Shown: positions 8,715 to 16,516 of the stretch, piece after piece
Layout of the letters: each line of letters starts with the position of its first letter
Position numbering within the stretch: the stretch's first letter is position 1
IMG/VR virus record: IMGVR_UViG_3300031886_000002
Reading direction: 5' to 3' (one strand)
DNA length: 25,718 nucleotides
DNA from: an uncultured virus (IMG/VR IMGVR_UViG_3300031886_000002)
Lineage: Duplodnaviria > Heunggongvirae > Uroviricota > Caudoviricetes
Program-made: the position numbers and the translations under genes
The notes under the pieces: model-generated
Database searches by the model: none
What the model was told of the DNA's origin: nothing
Seen by the model: the letters and a program-made list of their open reading frames with translations, nothing else

Positions 8715-9288
8715 GAAAATACTAATAGTAGGAGTAGGAGGGATAGGAAGTTATCTTGTGCCTATGCTTGCAAAGACAGAACAGTTTAACCTTCATTTTG
8801 CTGACCCAGATATTGTGGAAGAAAAGAATATCTGTTATCAGAATTTTGAAGGCACAGATATAGGACAACCTAAAGTGAGTGCTATGATGCGTTATACAGG
8901 CCCAACGATGGCATCCCAATACGAGATTCTAACTGAAATGCAGATAAAGGACTATGACTTAGTAATCTGCTGTGCAGATAACCTATCAGTTAGAAGATTA
9001 ATATACAGTCAAGGATTTGGAGATAACTGTAAAACTAAGTGGTTAGACTTAAGAGCGCAAGGTAGGAATGGGGCATTGATTAGTTATATGATTGACCCCA
9101 AACTAAGTAATACCTTCCTAACAGGGCCAGATGGTTCTTTCTCATGTCAAGGAGAGGACTTTAATGAAACAAGAGACAAGAAAACAATTCATTGGACACA
9201 TGTTGCGATTGCTGGAATAGGAGCGCAATGGGTTATGAGATGGAATAATGGGGAACAAACACACGATAAAATGGTGATAAACGTATGA
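8707..9288 (+). CDS. ThiF/MoeB/E1-family adenylyltransferase
   Basis: KILIVGVGGIGS, DPDIVEEKNICYQNF, DIGQPKV, DLVICCADN...RR; candidate catalytic Cys147 in GSFSCQG. Confidence 0.9.
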   Translation: MIKKILIVGVGGIGSYLVPMLAKTEQFNLHFADPDIVEEKNICYQNFEGTDIGQPKVSAMMRYTGPTMASQYEILTEMQIKDYDLVICCADNLSVRRLIYSQGFGDNCKTKWLDLRAQGRNGALISYMIDPKLSNTFLTGPDGSFSCQGEDFNETRDKKTIHWTHVAIAGIGAQWVMRWNNGEQTHDKMVINV

Positions 9289-9563
9289 GTAGAAAATGGA
9301 CAGAAGAAGAGCATGCAGCATTAAAATTGTATGCGGAAGAAGGAATGCATAAAAAAGATGCATATAATGAGTTTACTAACACAGGATATGAAAGAAGTTA
9401 TAACGCTTTCAATAAAAAGTATACTCTTGCTATGGTAGCAGTATCTAGTGAGATTGTAGAGGTTGTTAGTGAACCTAAAGAAGAAAAAGAGACTGATTGG
9501 GTAATTGTAACAGCACTCACTATCGCTGCAATAATTATAGGTTTTTGGTGGAGCACACAATGA
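9285..9563 (+). CDS. Myb/SANT-like HTH protein with C-terminal membrane anchor
   Basis: RKWTEEEHAAL...RSYNAFNKKY, then hydrophobic WVIVTALTIAAIIIGFWW. Confidence 0.6.
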   Translation: MSRKWTEEEHAALKLYAEEGMHKKDAYNEFTNTGYERSYNAFNKKYTLAMVAVSSEIVEVVSEPKEEKETDWVIVTALTIAAIIIGFWWSTQ

Positions 9564-10051
9564 GTGAAGTAAAGAACTATGAAGATGAATCTAAGTATGA
9601 TACTGTCATACACAACGAGAGTTGGAAGGGACTTATCAGGGCGGCTTATTCATATAACGAACCTATATTCCACAGGACTATTTGGGAAATGTCTCAGACA
9701 GCCTTTGATAAGCCTAGGGAAATCCAAGTAGTAGTAGATGCTAATGATGTGTTATTCATTAGTGTCGGTAGCCCGGGATTTGTATCGTTTGATGACCAAG
9801 AAGATGAACTATATGGTGATGATAAACCTAAGATGCGAATACCGTTAAAACAATGGATTCACACCCATCCCTTTGGTAAGGCTTTTTGGAGTAGCACAGA
9901 CATGAGTACATTGGTAACATGGGAACCTATTCTTGCGTCAGCAACTGTGCTTGGACACAATGAAAAGCAAAGGATTACTTTCAGAGCAGATGCTAATGGA
10001 AGACACTTCAATGAGTTTATACAGACAGATTGGGGAGATGAAGAAGAATGA
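9560..10051 (+). CDS. JAB/JAMM (MPN+) zinc metalloprotease
   Basis: Upstream Glu (KPREIQ) plus an exact H-x-H-x7-S-x2-D motif (HTHPFGKAFWSSTD). ATG 9560 overlaps the previous stop. Confidence 0.85.
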   Translation: MSEVKNYEDESKYDTVIHNESWKGLIRAAYSYNEPIFHRTIWEMSQTAFDKPREIQVVVDANDVLFISVGSPGFVSFDDQEDELYGDDKPKMRIPLKQWIHTHPFGKAFWSSTDMSTLVTWEPILASATVLGHNEKQRITFRADANGRHFNEFIQTDWGDEEE

Positions 10052-10113
10052 CCTTTAGAAAGATGAAGAAACTTATTGGTATTGGTGCCGATATAGGTGA
10101 GAAGAATGAATAG
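10048..10113 (+). CDS. Possible 21-aa micro-ORF (MTFRKMKKLIGIGADIGEKNE)
   Basis: ATGA overlap with the JAB stop; also overlaps the next start. Confidence 0.3.
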   Translation: MTFRKMKKLIGIGADIGEKNE

Positions 10114-10522
10114 TAAAAAGATGATAGTGCTACTTATGGTAGCAAGTATGATGGCTGGTTGTGCGGATGCAATCCCCGACTTGCCTAATAGTGAAGAAGA
10201 AGTAGTCACAGATTGGACTACATTAAATGGTGAGTATACAGTATTAGTTGATGATGAAAACAATTCAACCTATACTGATGTTACCATTGGAACAAACAAC
10301 ACATGGGTAATAGTGAATAGTTTTAACTATACTGCAACACATCTCAGTTTTGAGATTGTGAACAACACAGTATTGTTTAACAACTTTACATGGGAAAATG
10401 ATGGATATATCCATATAGGACACGCGTCTGATATGGGACCAATCACATTGTATTTCCCTGTATTCCCATACGATATTACAGTTAATTATACTGTAAAATA
10501 CAAGACGGTGAATGGAAGATGA
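10106..10522 (+). CDS. Predicted lipoprotein or surface glycoprotein
   Basis: MNSKK-hydrophobic-MAGC lipobox-like signal; beta-rich body; seven N-x-S/T sequons. Confidence 0.7.
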   Translation: MNSKKMIVLLMVASMMAGCADAIPDLPNSEEEVVTDWTTLNGEYTVLVDDENNSTYTDVTIGTNNTWVIVNSFNYTATHLSFEIVNNTVLFNNFTWENDGYIHIGHASDMGPITLYFPVFPYDITVNYTVKYKTVNGR

Positions 10523-10947
10523 AGGCAATAACTGTTAGATTTCCCGCGCCACTACCTGCGGAAATCCCATGCCCTGTTTGCTTTGAAGAAGACCTTGAGG
10601 TAAAGAGAGGTAATGGCTGTGTAGCCTGTGAATTTTCAGGTAAGATACACATAACAGTTGATGCAAAGATACCGATACAGCGTACTCATATTATTAAGTA
10701 TATTGCTGATAATATGAGTGCTGTATCTTCCGAACTAACTAGAGTTTTTGGGCTAGTGCCCGAAGTAGAGACTCAAGATGTATTAGAAATGCAGAATGCA
10801 CAATATGAAATAGTGCAGGTGAGTAGTTTAGGTGGTGCTGTTTGGATAGCCAATAGGTTAGACGCATTTGAAGCACCAAAGTATTTCTATTCAACAAATG
10901 AATTGCGTACTTGGAAAACAGGCGTGGAGTTAGATTATAATGAATGA
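10519..10947 (+). CDS. C4 zinc-finger-containing hypothetical protein
   Basis: CPVC...GCVACEFSG, resembling DnaJ-type CxxCxGxG pairs. Confidence 0.7.
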   Translation: MKAITVRFPAPLPAEIPCPVCFEEDLEVKRGNGCVACEFSGKIHITVDAKIPIQRTHIIKYIADNMSAVSSELTRVFGLVPEVETQDVLEMQNAQYEIVQVSSLGGAVWIANRLDAFEAPKYFYSTNELRTWKTGVELDYNE

Positions 10948-11188
10948 TGAAAGAATAATAGCGAGAATAGCGAGAAGTGCAACAGAAGAAATTGTTGTAA
11001 GAAGGGCTGAAACATGGAACATACAAATACTAGATTTGCGATGGTATAAAAATGGTAATCCTACACATAAAGGGATTAGATGTAATATGGATGAGGCTAA
11101 GACCTTATTAAAGGCAGTAAGAAAGGCGGTGAATGAAAATGTTAGTGTCGAGAAGACAACTGAAGATGAGAATGAAGGAAAGGCTTAG
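10940..11188 (+). CDS. PC4/YdbC-family ssDNA-binding protein
   Basis: EEIVVR...ILDLRWY...PTHKGI followed by a helix, the PC4 signature. Confidence 0.78.
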   Translation: MNDERIIARIARSATEEIVVRRAETWNIQILDLRWYKNGNPTHKGIRCNMDEAKTLLKAVRKAVNENVSVEKTTEDENEGKA

Positions 11189-11387
11189 GGTAGGACAACA
11201 TATCAAACCCGAAGTATATGATTATGTTGATAGATATTTAGAGTTATGTTTAACTAGACTTATAGTGGGATTAGTTAAAGCGATTAATGAGGATGAGTCT
11301 AAGAGAAGAATAGACAACACTCATGTTGATGCTGCAATAGCAGAATTATATGTTACAGAAATAATGGAGAGAATAGAAAATGAATGA
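11133..11387 (+). CDS. Histone-fold protein (divergent)
   Basis: Short helix SRRQLKMRMKERL, loop, long helix PEVYDYVDRYLELCLTRLIVGLVKAI, KRRI loop, helix DNTHVDAAIAEL. Confidence 0.6.
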   Translation: MKMLVSRRQLKMRMKERLRVGQHIKPEVYDYVDRYLELCLTRLIVGLVKAINEDESKRRIDNTHVDAAIAELYVTEIMERIENE

Positions 11388-11562
11388 GAACACAATAGAT
11401 GGTTATACAAATCATTATGGTTATAAATCAGGCGGAAAGAATGGATACTTTAATAAGTATCGTTATGGTAATAAAACACTAGCAAAGTGCGAATCTTGTG
11501 GTAAAACTAAACCAGTATGGAATAATACAGATGGTATTAAATGTAAGGAGTGCTCACAATGA
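11380..11562 (+). CDS. Small C4 zinc-finger protein
   Basis: CESCG...CKEC. Confidence 0.65.
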   Translation: MNENTIDGYTNHYGYKSGGKNGYFNKYRYGNKTLAKCESCGKTKPVWNNTDGIKCKECSQ

Positions 11563-13106
11563 CTCTAGCAGTATTTGCAAGAATGTGTGATGTATTAGAA
11601 ACACAGACACCTACACAGAAGGCTATTACTATAGACCTTACTATGTATTCGGTTGGCCCAACTACTCCATCAGAAGATAAAGTAAGATTAATTCAAATAT
11701 TATCGTTGGAATACCCAATTAATAATATTGGAAACAAGAGAGCAGTTACTTGGATATCAAATGCGTTAGGAGTCTTTGAAGATGAATTAGAATCCTATAT
11801 GCATACATGGGGAGAGATAGGTGAGGCTGTAGCAGAATTAGATGAAGGGAATGAAACGGATTCTGAAATTACATTAACTCATTTCTTAACCTTATTATCT
11901 ATGGATTGTAGTAGAATAGAAAGTAATTCATATACTCTTTTCGCTGAGTCTCTCAATAAGATGAGTGCTAGAGAAAAGAAGTGGTTTATTCGTTATTGGT
12001 TAAGAAAGCCAAGAAATGGAGTGAATAATAAAGTGCCACTTAAGGCTATGATTAGACACTATGATGATAAAGATATACCTAAGTATGCACAGTATAATTC
12101 TGCAACAGTAATCTGCCGAGATTTAGATGCAGGTATTAAACCTACCTGTGTTTTAGTGCATGGACATTTTGTTGCTCCTATGCTTGCTAAGGCAAGAAAG
12201 GGTAGTGAAAGACCTAGGAATTATTTGATTGATATTAAATATGATGGCAACCGTTATCAAATTCATAAGAGTGGAATGTCAGTAGCAATTTTCAATAGAA
12301 AAGGAAATTTAGTAACAGACCAATTTCATGATATTGTTGAGATTGTGAAAGGTTTTGATGTTGAAGATATAATACTCGATACTGAAATATATCCTGTGCA
12401 TCTTGATGGTAGTCCTGCACCACATAAACTCATGGCTAAGAGAGTGCATAAGATAAACAAGGCAGAAGCGGCTAGAGAATGTCCTGTGAAAATGGTAGCA
12501 TTTGATGTATTGTCTGTTAGAGGTAAAACATTACTAGAACATGCACAGGCAGATAGAGTAAAGCAATTGAAACATATTCCTGAAACTCATCATACACACA
12601 TATTTGATACTGAGACAACTATTCAGGCTGCGTATAACTTAGCAATTGATAGAGGTTTTGAAGGTATTATGATTAAGGATGCTAACATGACTTACCAAGC
12701 AGGCAAAAGAAGTAAGGGATGGCTTAAATATAAGCCTCCAAGAATGACCTTTGATGTTGTGATTACTTCGGCTAGGTATGGTGAAGGCAAGAGAAGTCAA
12801 GTATATGGAACATATGGTATATCTGTAAAGGATGGCCCAGACTATGTGCCTGTTGGAAAGTGTGGAAATGGTTTTTCTGATAGAGACCTTGATGAATTAA
12901 CAACAGAATTAAAAAAGAGTGTTGAGTCTATGGATGGAGAATGGTTTAAGGTATTACCAAGAATAGTTTTAGAGGTAACTTGCGAGTTAGTTACTAATGA
13001 TAGTGACGGAAATATTGGCTTGCGATTTCCCCGATGCACCCGTATCAGACACGACAAATTTGCGGCAGATTGCGACACGCTGGAAAGCGTCAAAGAGATG
13101 ATGTAA
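11559..13106 (+). CDS. lig: ATP-dependent DNA ligase
   Basis: Motif I KYDGNR, III ILDTEI, IIIa AFDVL, IV EGIMIK, V WLKYK, VI LRFPR; N-terminal DNA-binding domain. Confidence 0.95.
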   Translation: MTLAVFARMCDVLETQTPTQKAITIDLTMYSVGPTTPSEDKVRLIQILSLEYPINNIGNKRAVTWISNALGVFEDELESYMHTWGEIGEAVAELDEGNETDSEITLTHFLTLLSMDCSRIESNSYTLFAESLNKMSAREKKWFIRYWLRKPRNGVNNKVPLKAMIRHYDDKDIPKYAQYNSATVICRDLDAGIKPTCVLVHGHFVAPMLAKARKGSERPRNYLIDIKYDGNRYQIHKSGMSVAIFNRKGNLVTDQFHDIVEIVKGFDVEDIILDTEIYPVHLDGSPAPHKLMAKRVHKINKAEAARECPVKMVAFDVLSVRGKTLLEHAQADRVKQLKHIPETHHTHIFDTETTIQAAYNLAIDRGFEGIMIKDANMTYQAGKRSKGWLKYKPPRMTFDVVITSARYGEGKRSQVYGTYGISVKDGPDYVPVGKCGNGFSDRDLDELTTELKKSVESMDGEWFKVLPRIVLEVTCELVTNDSDGNIGLRFPRCTRIRHDKFAADCDTLESVKEMM

Positions 13107-13597
13107 TGATTGAACAAGGCAAAGTAACCCTTTTGGGAGATTCAATCTATCTTTGTGAAAAAATCGAGGATGGCATGGCCTATTTAAAGAAGGTTGGCGA
13201 CGAGAAGCGGGGCAGATACAGGAAGATGGGGGTAGAATTAGTCCCTTATCTAGACGAGAAAAACGAACTTGTTACTCCTAAACCCCGTAAAATCTCTAGA
13301 AAGAAGATGCAGAGATTTCATTACATGAAGTGGATTAAAGAGGCCATAGATGAGGAAATGAGCGTATCGCATGATTTGTCTTATTTTGTTTCTGAATGGT
13401 TAGAGAATCTGATGATGGACTTTGCGTTATTAGCACAACATAATGCAGAGATTAGAGGGGATGACACCATAACTGCCGCACATTGGTATTGGTGGGATTT
13501 ACCCCCTGAACAGGGAGAAGGCTTCTTTGAAGAAAATAGACAAACTGCTAAATCATATAAAGAATATCTAGAAAATGGGAGGAATCATATTGTTTAA
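13106..13597 (+). CDS. Protein with N-terminal beta-rich domain and a histone fold
   Basis: KWIKEAIDEEMSVSHDLSYFVSEWLENLMMDFALLAQHNAEIRGDDTITAAH parallels the archaeal histone pattern R..K....RVS.DA...L...LE......A..A...A...GR.TI...D. Confidence 0.65.
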   Translation: MIEQGKVTLLGDSIYLCEKIEDGMAYLKKVGDEKRGRYRKMGVELVPYLDEKNELVTPKPRKISRKKMQRFHYMKWIKEAIDEEMSVSHDLSYFVSEWLENLMMDFALLAQHNAEIRGDDTITAAHWYWWDLPPEQGEGFFEENRQTAKSYKEYLENGRNHIV

Positions 13598-13988
13598 TAA
13601 TAACCAATTAGTAGGCATACTGCTTTCGATAGCCAAACCGGAAGTGAATGTTTCTAGAACATCTAAATTAACTATAGGATATAGAGTTAGAATTAGAGTA
13701 AATGTTAGAGGTAATGAAGATTTTCTTCTAGGTATTCAAAGAGGATTAGATAAGAAAACTATTGATTCTATTTACAAACAAAAGGAACACAAGAGTAGAC
13801 CTAGACCAATACTAAGTGTAAGTGGCATGGTTAATCTATACAAGTTATGTAAACTAATACCTGATAATTTACCTGATGCAAAGGGAGTTTGGCCTAATTT
13901 CAAAGAGGTAGTACAGTTAGTGGATAATGGAGAGCATCATACTTTGGAAGGACTTGATAGGATTTTACAAATTAAAGGAGAAATTTAA
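13590..13988 (+). CDS. Degenerate single-motif LAGLIDADG-fold protein, probably catalytically inactive
   Basis: GYRVRIRVNV and C-terminal FKEVVQLVDNGEHHTLEGLDRILQIK are typical of LAGLIDADG proteins. The motif helix reads QLVGILLSIAK with no acidic residue. TTG 13590 follows GGGAGG (ATG 13575 is an alternative start). Confidence 0.65.
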   Translation: MFNNNQLVGILLSIAKPEVNVSRTSKLTIGYRVRIRVNVRGNEDFLLGIQRGLDKKTIDSIYKQKEHKSRPRPILSVSGMVNLYKLCKLIPDNLPDAKGVWPNFKEVVQLVDNGEHHTLEGLDRILQIKGEI

Positions 13989-13989
13989 T

Positions 13990-14232
13990 ATGAATTTATG
14001 GGATGATGAGATAGATGAGCATGCACCTGATGCTGATGATATTAGAATTCTAGAGAATAGAACTTATGAACATATAGAAGATGGCTGTGAAGAATGTGGA
14101 TATATGCACATTGTATTTCAAGCCGCTATAAGCATAGAAAAAGATTCTAAAGTATTTATTCTATCCGTGGAATGCCCAAATTGTAGTGCTGATTATAGAA
14201 TAATAATGGATGTGAAGATGATTGAAACTTGA
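13990..14232 (+). CDS. Acidic zinc-ribbon protein
   Basis: CEECG...VECPNC; AAGGAG upstream. Confidence 0.7.
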   Translation: MNLWDDEIDEHAPDADDIRILENRTYEHIEDGCEECGYMHIVFQAAISIEKDSKVFILSVECPNCSADYRIIMDVKMIET

Positions 14233-14545
14233 TAATAGTGATAAGTATGAAGACTTAACAATGAAAATGCCAGACTTAATAAAGTATGTAGTTAATTCTA
14301 CTGATAGAGAGCATGCGCTTTCTTTGTTAAAACACAATGCCCCAAAGGACACTAGGTTAATGCTGTGGTTGTTGGCTAACAAAAGAAACAACTTAAATAA
14401 ATTGGCATATATTGATGCTAAAGTAAAAAGAAGATGGGGAACAGATTACTTCTATGAGTTGATAGCATATGCTTATGAAGGTATAGAAGATGAAAGACAA
14501 TGGGGATTAGGATTCCCAACAAAGAACAAGAGGTATAAAAAATGA
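14222..14545 (+). CDS. Hypothetical helical protein, possibly an RFC large-subunit collar-like fragment
   Basis: P..RLMLWLLAN...LAYID...RR...YFY...FP pattern; lies two genes upstream of RFC. Product call is weak. Confidence 0.5.
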   Translation: MKLDNSDKYEDLTMKMPDLIKYVVNSTDREHALSLLKHNAPKDTRLMLWLLANKRNNLNKLAYIDAKVKRRWGTDYFYELIAYAYEGIEDERQWGLGFPTKNKRYKK

Positions 14546-14817
14546 GAATGAATAAAAAAGAATATAGATTAAATATAATAAAAACATATGCTATAGAAAC
14601 AGGACATATTTTTAATTTTAGAGATGTATATCTCCACTTGAATTCGTATATTACTCCCCCTGATGGGAGTGGGAAAGGTGGAGTAAAATCGAAATTGGCT
14701 GCGGTGACCACGAAGGAACTTAGAAGTTTATTAAAGTTTAGTCCTGACTATATTAGATTAGAGAAAAATGAATGGGAATACATAGGTGATGATAATGTTA
14801 TGGACAGAGAAGTATAG
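14542..14817 (+). CDS. Putative winged-helix DNA-binding protein
   Basis: Basic helical body ending TTKELRSLLKFSPDYIRLEKNEWEY, a wing-like hairpin. Confidence 0.5.
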   Translation: MRMNKKEYRLNIIKTYAIETGHIFNFRDVYLHLNSYITPPDGSGKGGVKSKLAAVTTKELRSLLKFSPDYIRLEKNEWEYIGDDNVMDREV

Positions 14818-15700
14818 ACCAACTAATTTATCTCAAATAAAAGGACAGCCTACATTTGTAGAGGATGCTATTACTTGGGAAAATGGAATGCCCAATATAT
14901 TATTGTATGGCCCTGCTGGTACAGGCAAGACTGCTTCCGCAGGTGCTTTAGCAAATCTTATATTAAAGGATAATAAGGTGGGTAATTTCTTTGAGTTTAA
15001 TGCATCAGATGACAGAAGGTTAGATGTAGTAAGAAATTCAATAAAAGAGATAGCGACTACTATGAGTATGGGACACGTACCCCATAAAATTGTATTGCTT
15101 GATGAAATGGATGGGATGACCACCGATGCACAAAATGCTCTTAAGAGATTAATGGAGCGTTATAGTGACAATGTAAGGTTTATCTTAACCTGCAACCATA
15201 GGCATAAGGTAATCCTTCCTTTGCAGTCAAGGTGTGCAAACTATGGTTTTAAGAAGTTGCATTATGTTGACACATTACAGGTATTGAATTCAATCCTTCA
15301 ATTAGAAGGGATTGAAAAGTATGGGCAAGATGAACTACTAACCCTTATAAGGGATTGCGATGGTGACCTTCGTAGAGCCATTACCGAACTTCATGCTTCG
15401 GTTAAAAATAATACCTCAATAACAATCCAAATGGATAGAATGCATCAACCATACAATGATATACTTGTTAGCATTCTTGAATCTAAATCTGAATTAGCAC
15501 TCAATCAAATGCATGATTTGATAGACCAATCGGTAGATATGAAAACTATGTGTGTAGGATTACATGATGTAGTATTGTTAAAAGATATGGAAATAAGTAG
15601 AAAATTTGAATTAGTTAGAATAATAGGTGAGGCAGAATGGAGACATTCAAATATGACTCCGAAAGTATTAGCCTCATGGATGATAGGACAGATGATATAA
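14795..15700 (+). CDS. rfcS: Replication factor C (clamp loader) small subunit
   Basis: LWTEKYRP, GPAGTGKT, EFNASDDR, LLDEMDGMT, QNALKR, LQSRC, GDLRRAI. Confidence 0.95.
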   Translation: MLWTEKYRPTNLSQIKGQPTFVEDAITWENGMPNILLYGPAGTGKTASAGALANLILKDNKVGNFFEFNASDDRRLDVVRNSIKEIATTMSMGHVPHKIVLLDEMDGMTTDAQNALKRLMERYSDNVRFILTCNHRHKVILPLQSRCANYGFKKLHYVDTLQVLNSILQLEGIEKYGQDELLTLIRDCDGDLRRAITELHASVKNNTSITIQMDRMHQPYNDILVSILESKSELALNQMHDLIDQSVDMKTMCVGLHDVVLLKDMEISRKFELVRIIGEAEWRHSNMTPKVLASWMIGQMI

Positions 15701-15942
15701 TGAAGAAGAAAATTAAAGCATGGTTAGATGTGAATGATGACGGTAAGTTATCAATAGAAGATGTGACCGAATCAAATGCCTTTGGGCATGAATGGATGCT
15801 ACTAGCAGGATTAGCAATTGCTATAGGTAGTATAGGAAATGTATTGGGCTATTGGTCCATTGATAGTGACTTCTTCTGGTTTTGTGCAGCAATTGCAGCA
15901 ATATCAGAATATATAGATGACTTAAGAAAGAGGAAGAGATAA
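15700..15942 (+). CDS. Small membrane protein with an EF-hand-like loop
   Basis: DVNDDGKLSIED (DxNxDGxLxxxD), then two hydrophobic segments and a basic tail. Confidence 0.65.
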   Translation: MKKKIKAWLDVNDDGKLSIEDVTESNAFGHEWMLLAGLAIAIGSIGNVLGYWSIDSDFFWFCAAIAAISEYIDDLRKRKR

Positions 15943-15943
15943 A

Positions 15944-16267
15944 ATGAAAATGAATGAATATCAAAAGAGAGCAAGAAAGACAGCAATATATCCTGAGATT
16001 CACAAGATTACTTATCCAGCAATTGGATTAGCAGGTGAAGCCGGAGAGGTTTGTAATAAACTAAAGAAGCGGCTTCGTGGTGATAAGATAGAAATGTGGA
16101 GAACTAGGGATGACCTAGAGAAAGAACTTGGTGATGTATTATGGTATGTAGCAAACCTAGCATCAGACTTAGGATTAGACCTAGATGATATTGCTATAAA
16201 GAACATAGACAAACTCCGTGATAGAGAACGGAGAGATGTATTACAAGGAGATGGTGATGATAGATGA
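15944..16267 (+). CDS. mazG: MazG-like nucleotide pyrophosphohydrolase
   Basis: GLAGEAGEV...KELGDVLWYVA...NIDKLRDR...GDGDDR. Confidence 0.92.
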   Translation: MKMNEYQKRARKTAIYPEIHKITYPAIGLAGEAGEVCNKLKKRLRGDKIEMWRTRDDLEKELGDVLWYVANLASDLGLDLDDIAIKNIDKLRDRERRDVLQGDGDDR

Positions 16268-16428
16268 AGTATGGAGCAAGAGGACAAGGAGATAGAAAAG
16301 ATATGTCTTTCCTTAGAAGGAAAGAGAATGAGAAAAAGTCAATGGAAATGACTAATAAAAAGATTCACAAAACGCGCGTATGCAAGTGTTGTGAAGGAAC
16401 ACATAAGAAGGTGAAACAAGATGAGTAG
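16264..16428 (+). CDS. Small basic protein (54 aa, MKYGARGQGD...CKCCEGTH...); not in the ORF track
   Basis: ATGA overlap with the MazG stop; GGTGA upstream; overlaps the next start. Confidence 0.55.
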   Translation: MKYGARGQGDRKDMSFLRRKENEKKSMEMTNKKIHKTRVCKCCEGTHKKVKQDE

Positions 16429-16516
16429 AACAATGAAAATAGAAGAAAGTAGACAGACCAAACTAACAGAGTTTGGATTAACATTCCACGCGTTGGAAAA
16501 AGGAGAGAATGAATAA
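16421..16516 (+). CDS. 31-aa micropeptide containing a PIP-box-like motif
   Basis: MSRTMKIEESRQTKLTEFGLTFHALEKGENE; AAGGTGA upstream; TAATG coupling to the next gene. Confidence 0.55.
   Translation: MSRTMKIEESRQTKLTEFGLTFHALEKGENE

Noticed and set aside
8707..9288. Thiamine or molybdopterin biosynthesis operon
   Set aside because: No ThiG, MoaE, rhodanese or desulfurase genes in the window. A sulfur-relay role using genes elsewhere is not excluded.
13575..13988. Active mobile homing endonuclease
   Set aside because: The catalytic acidic residue is absent and no interrupted host gene is evident.
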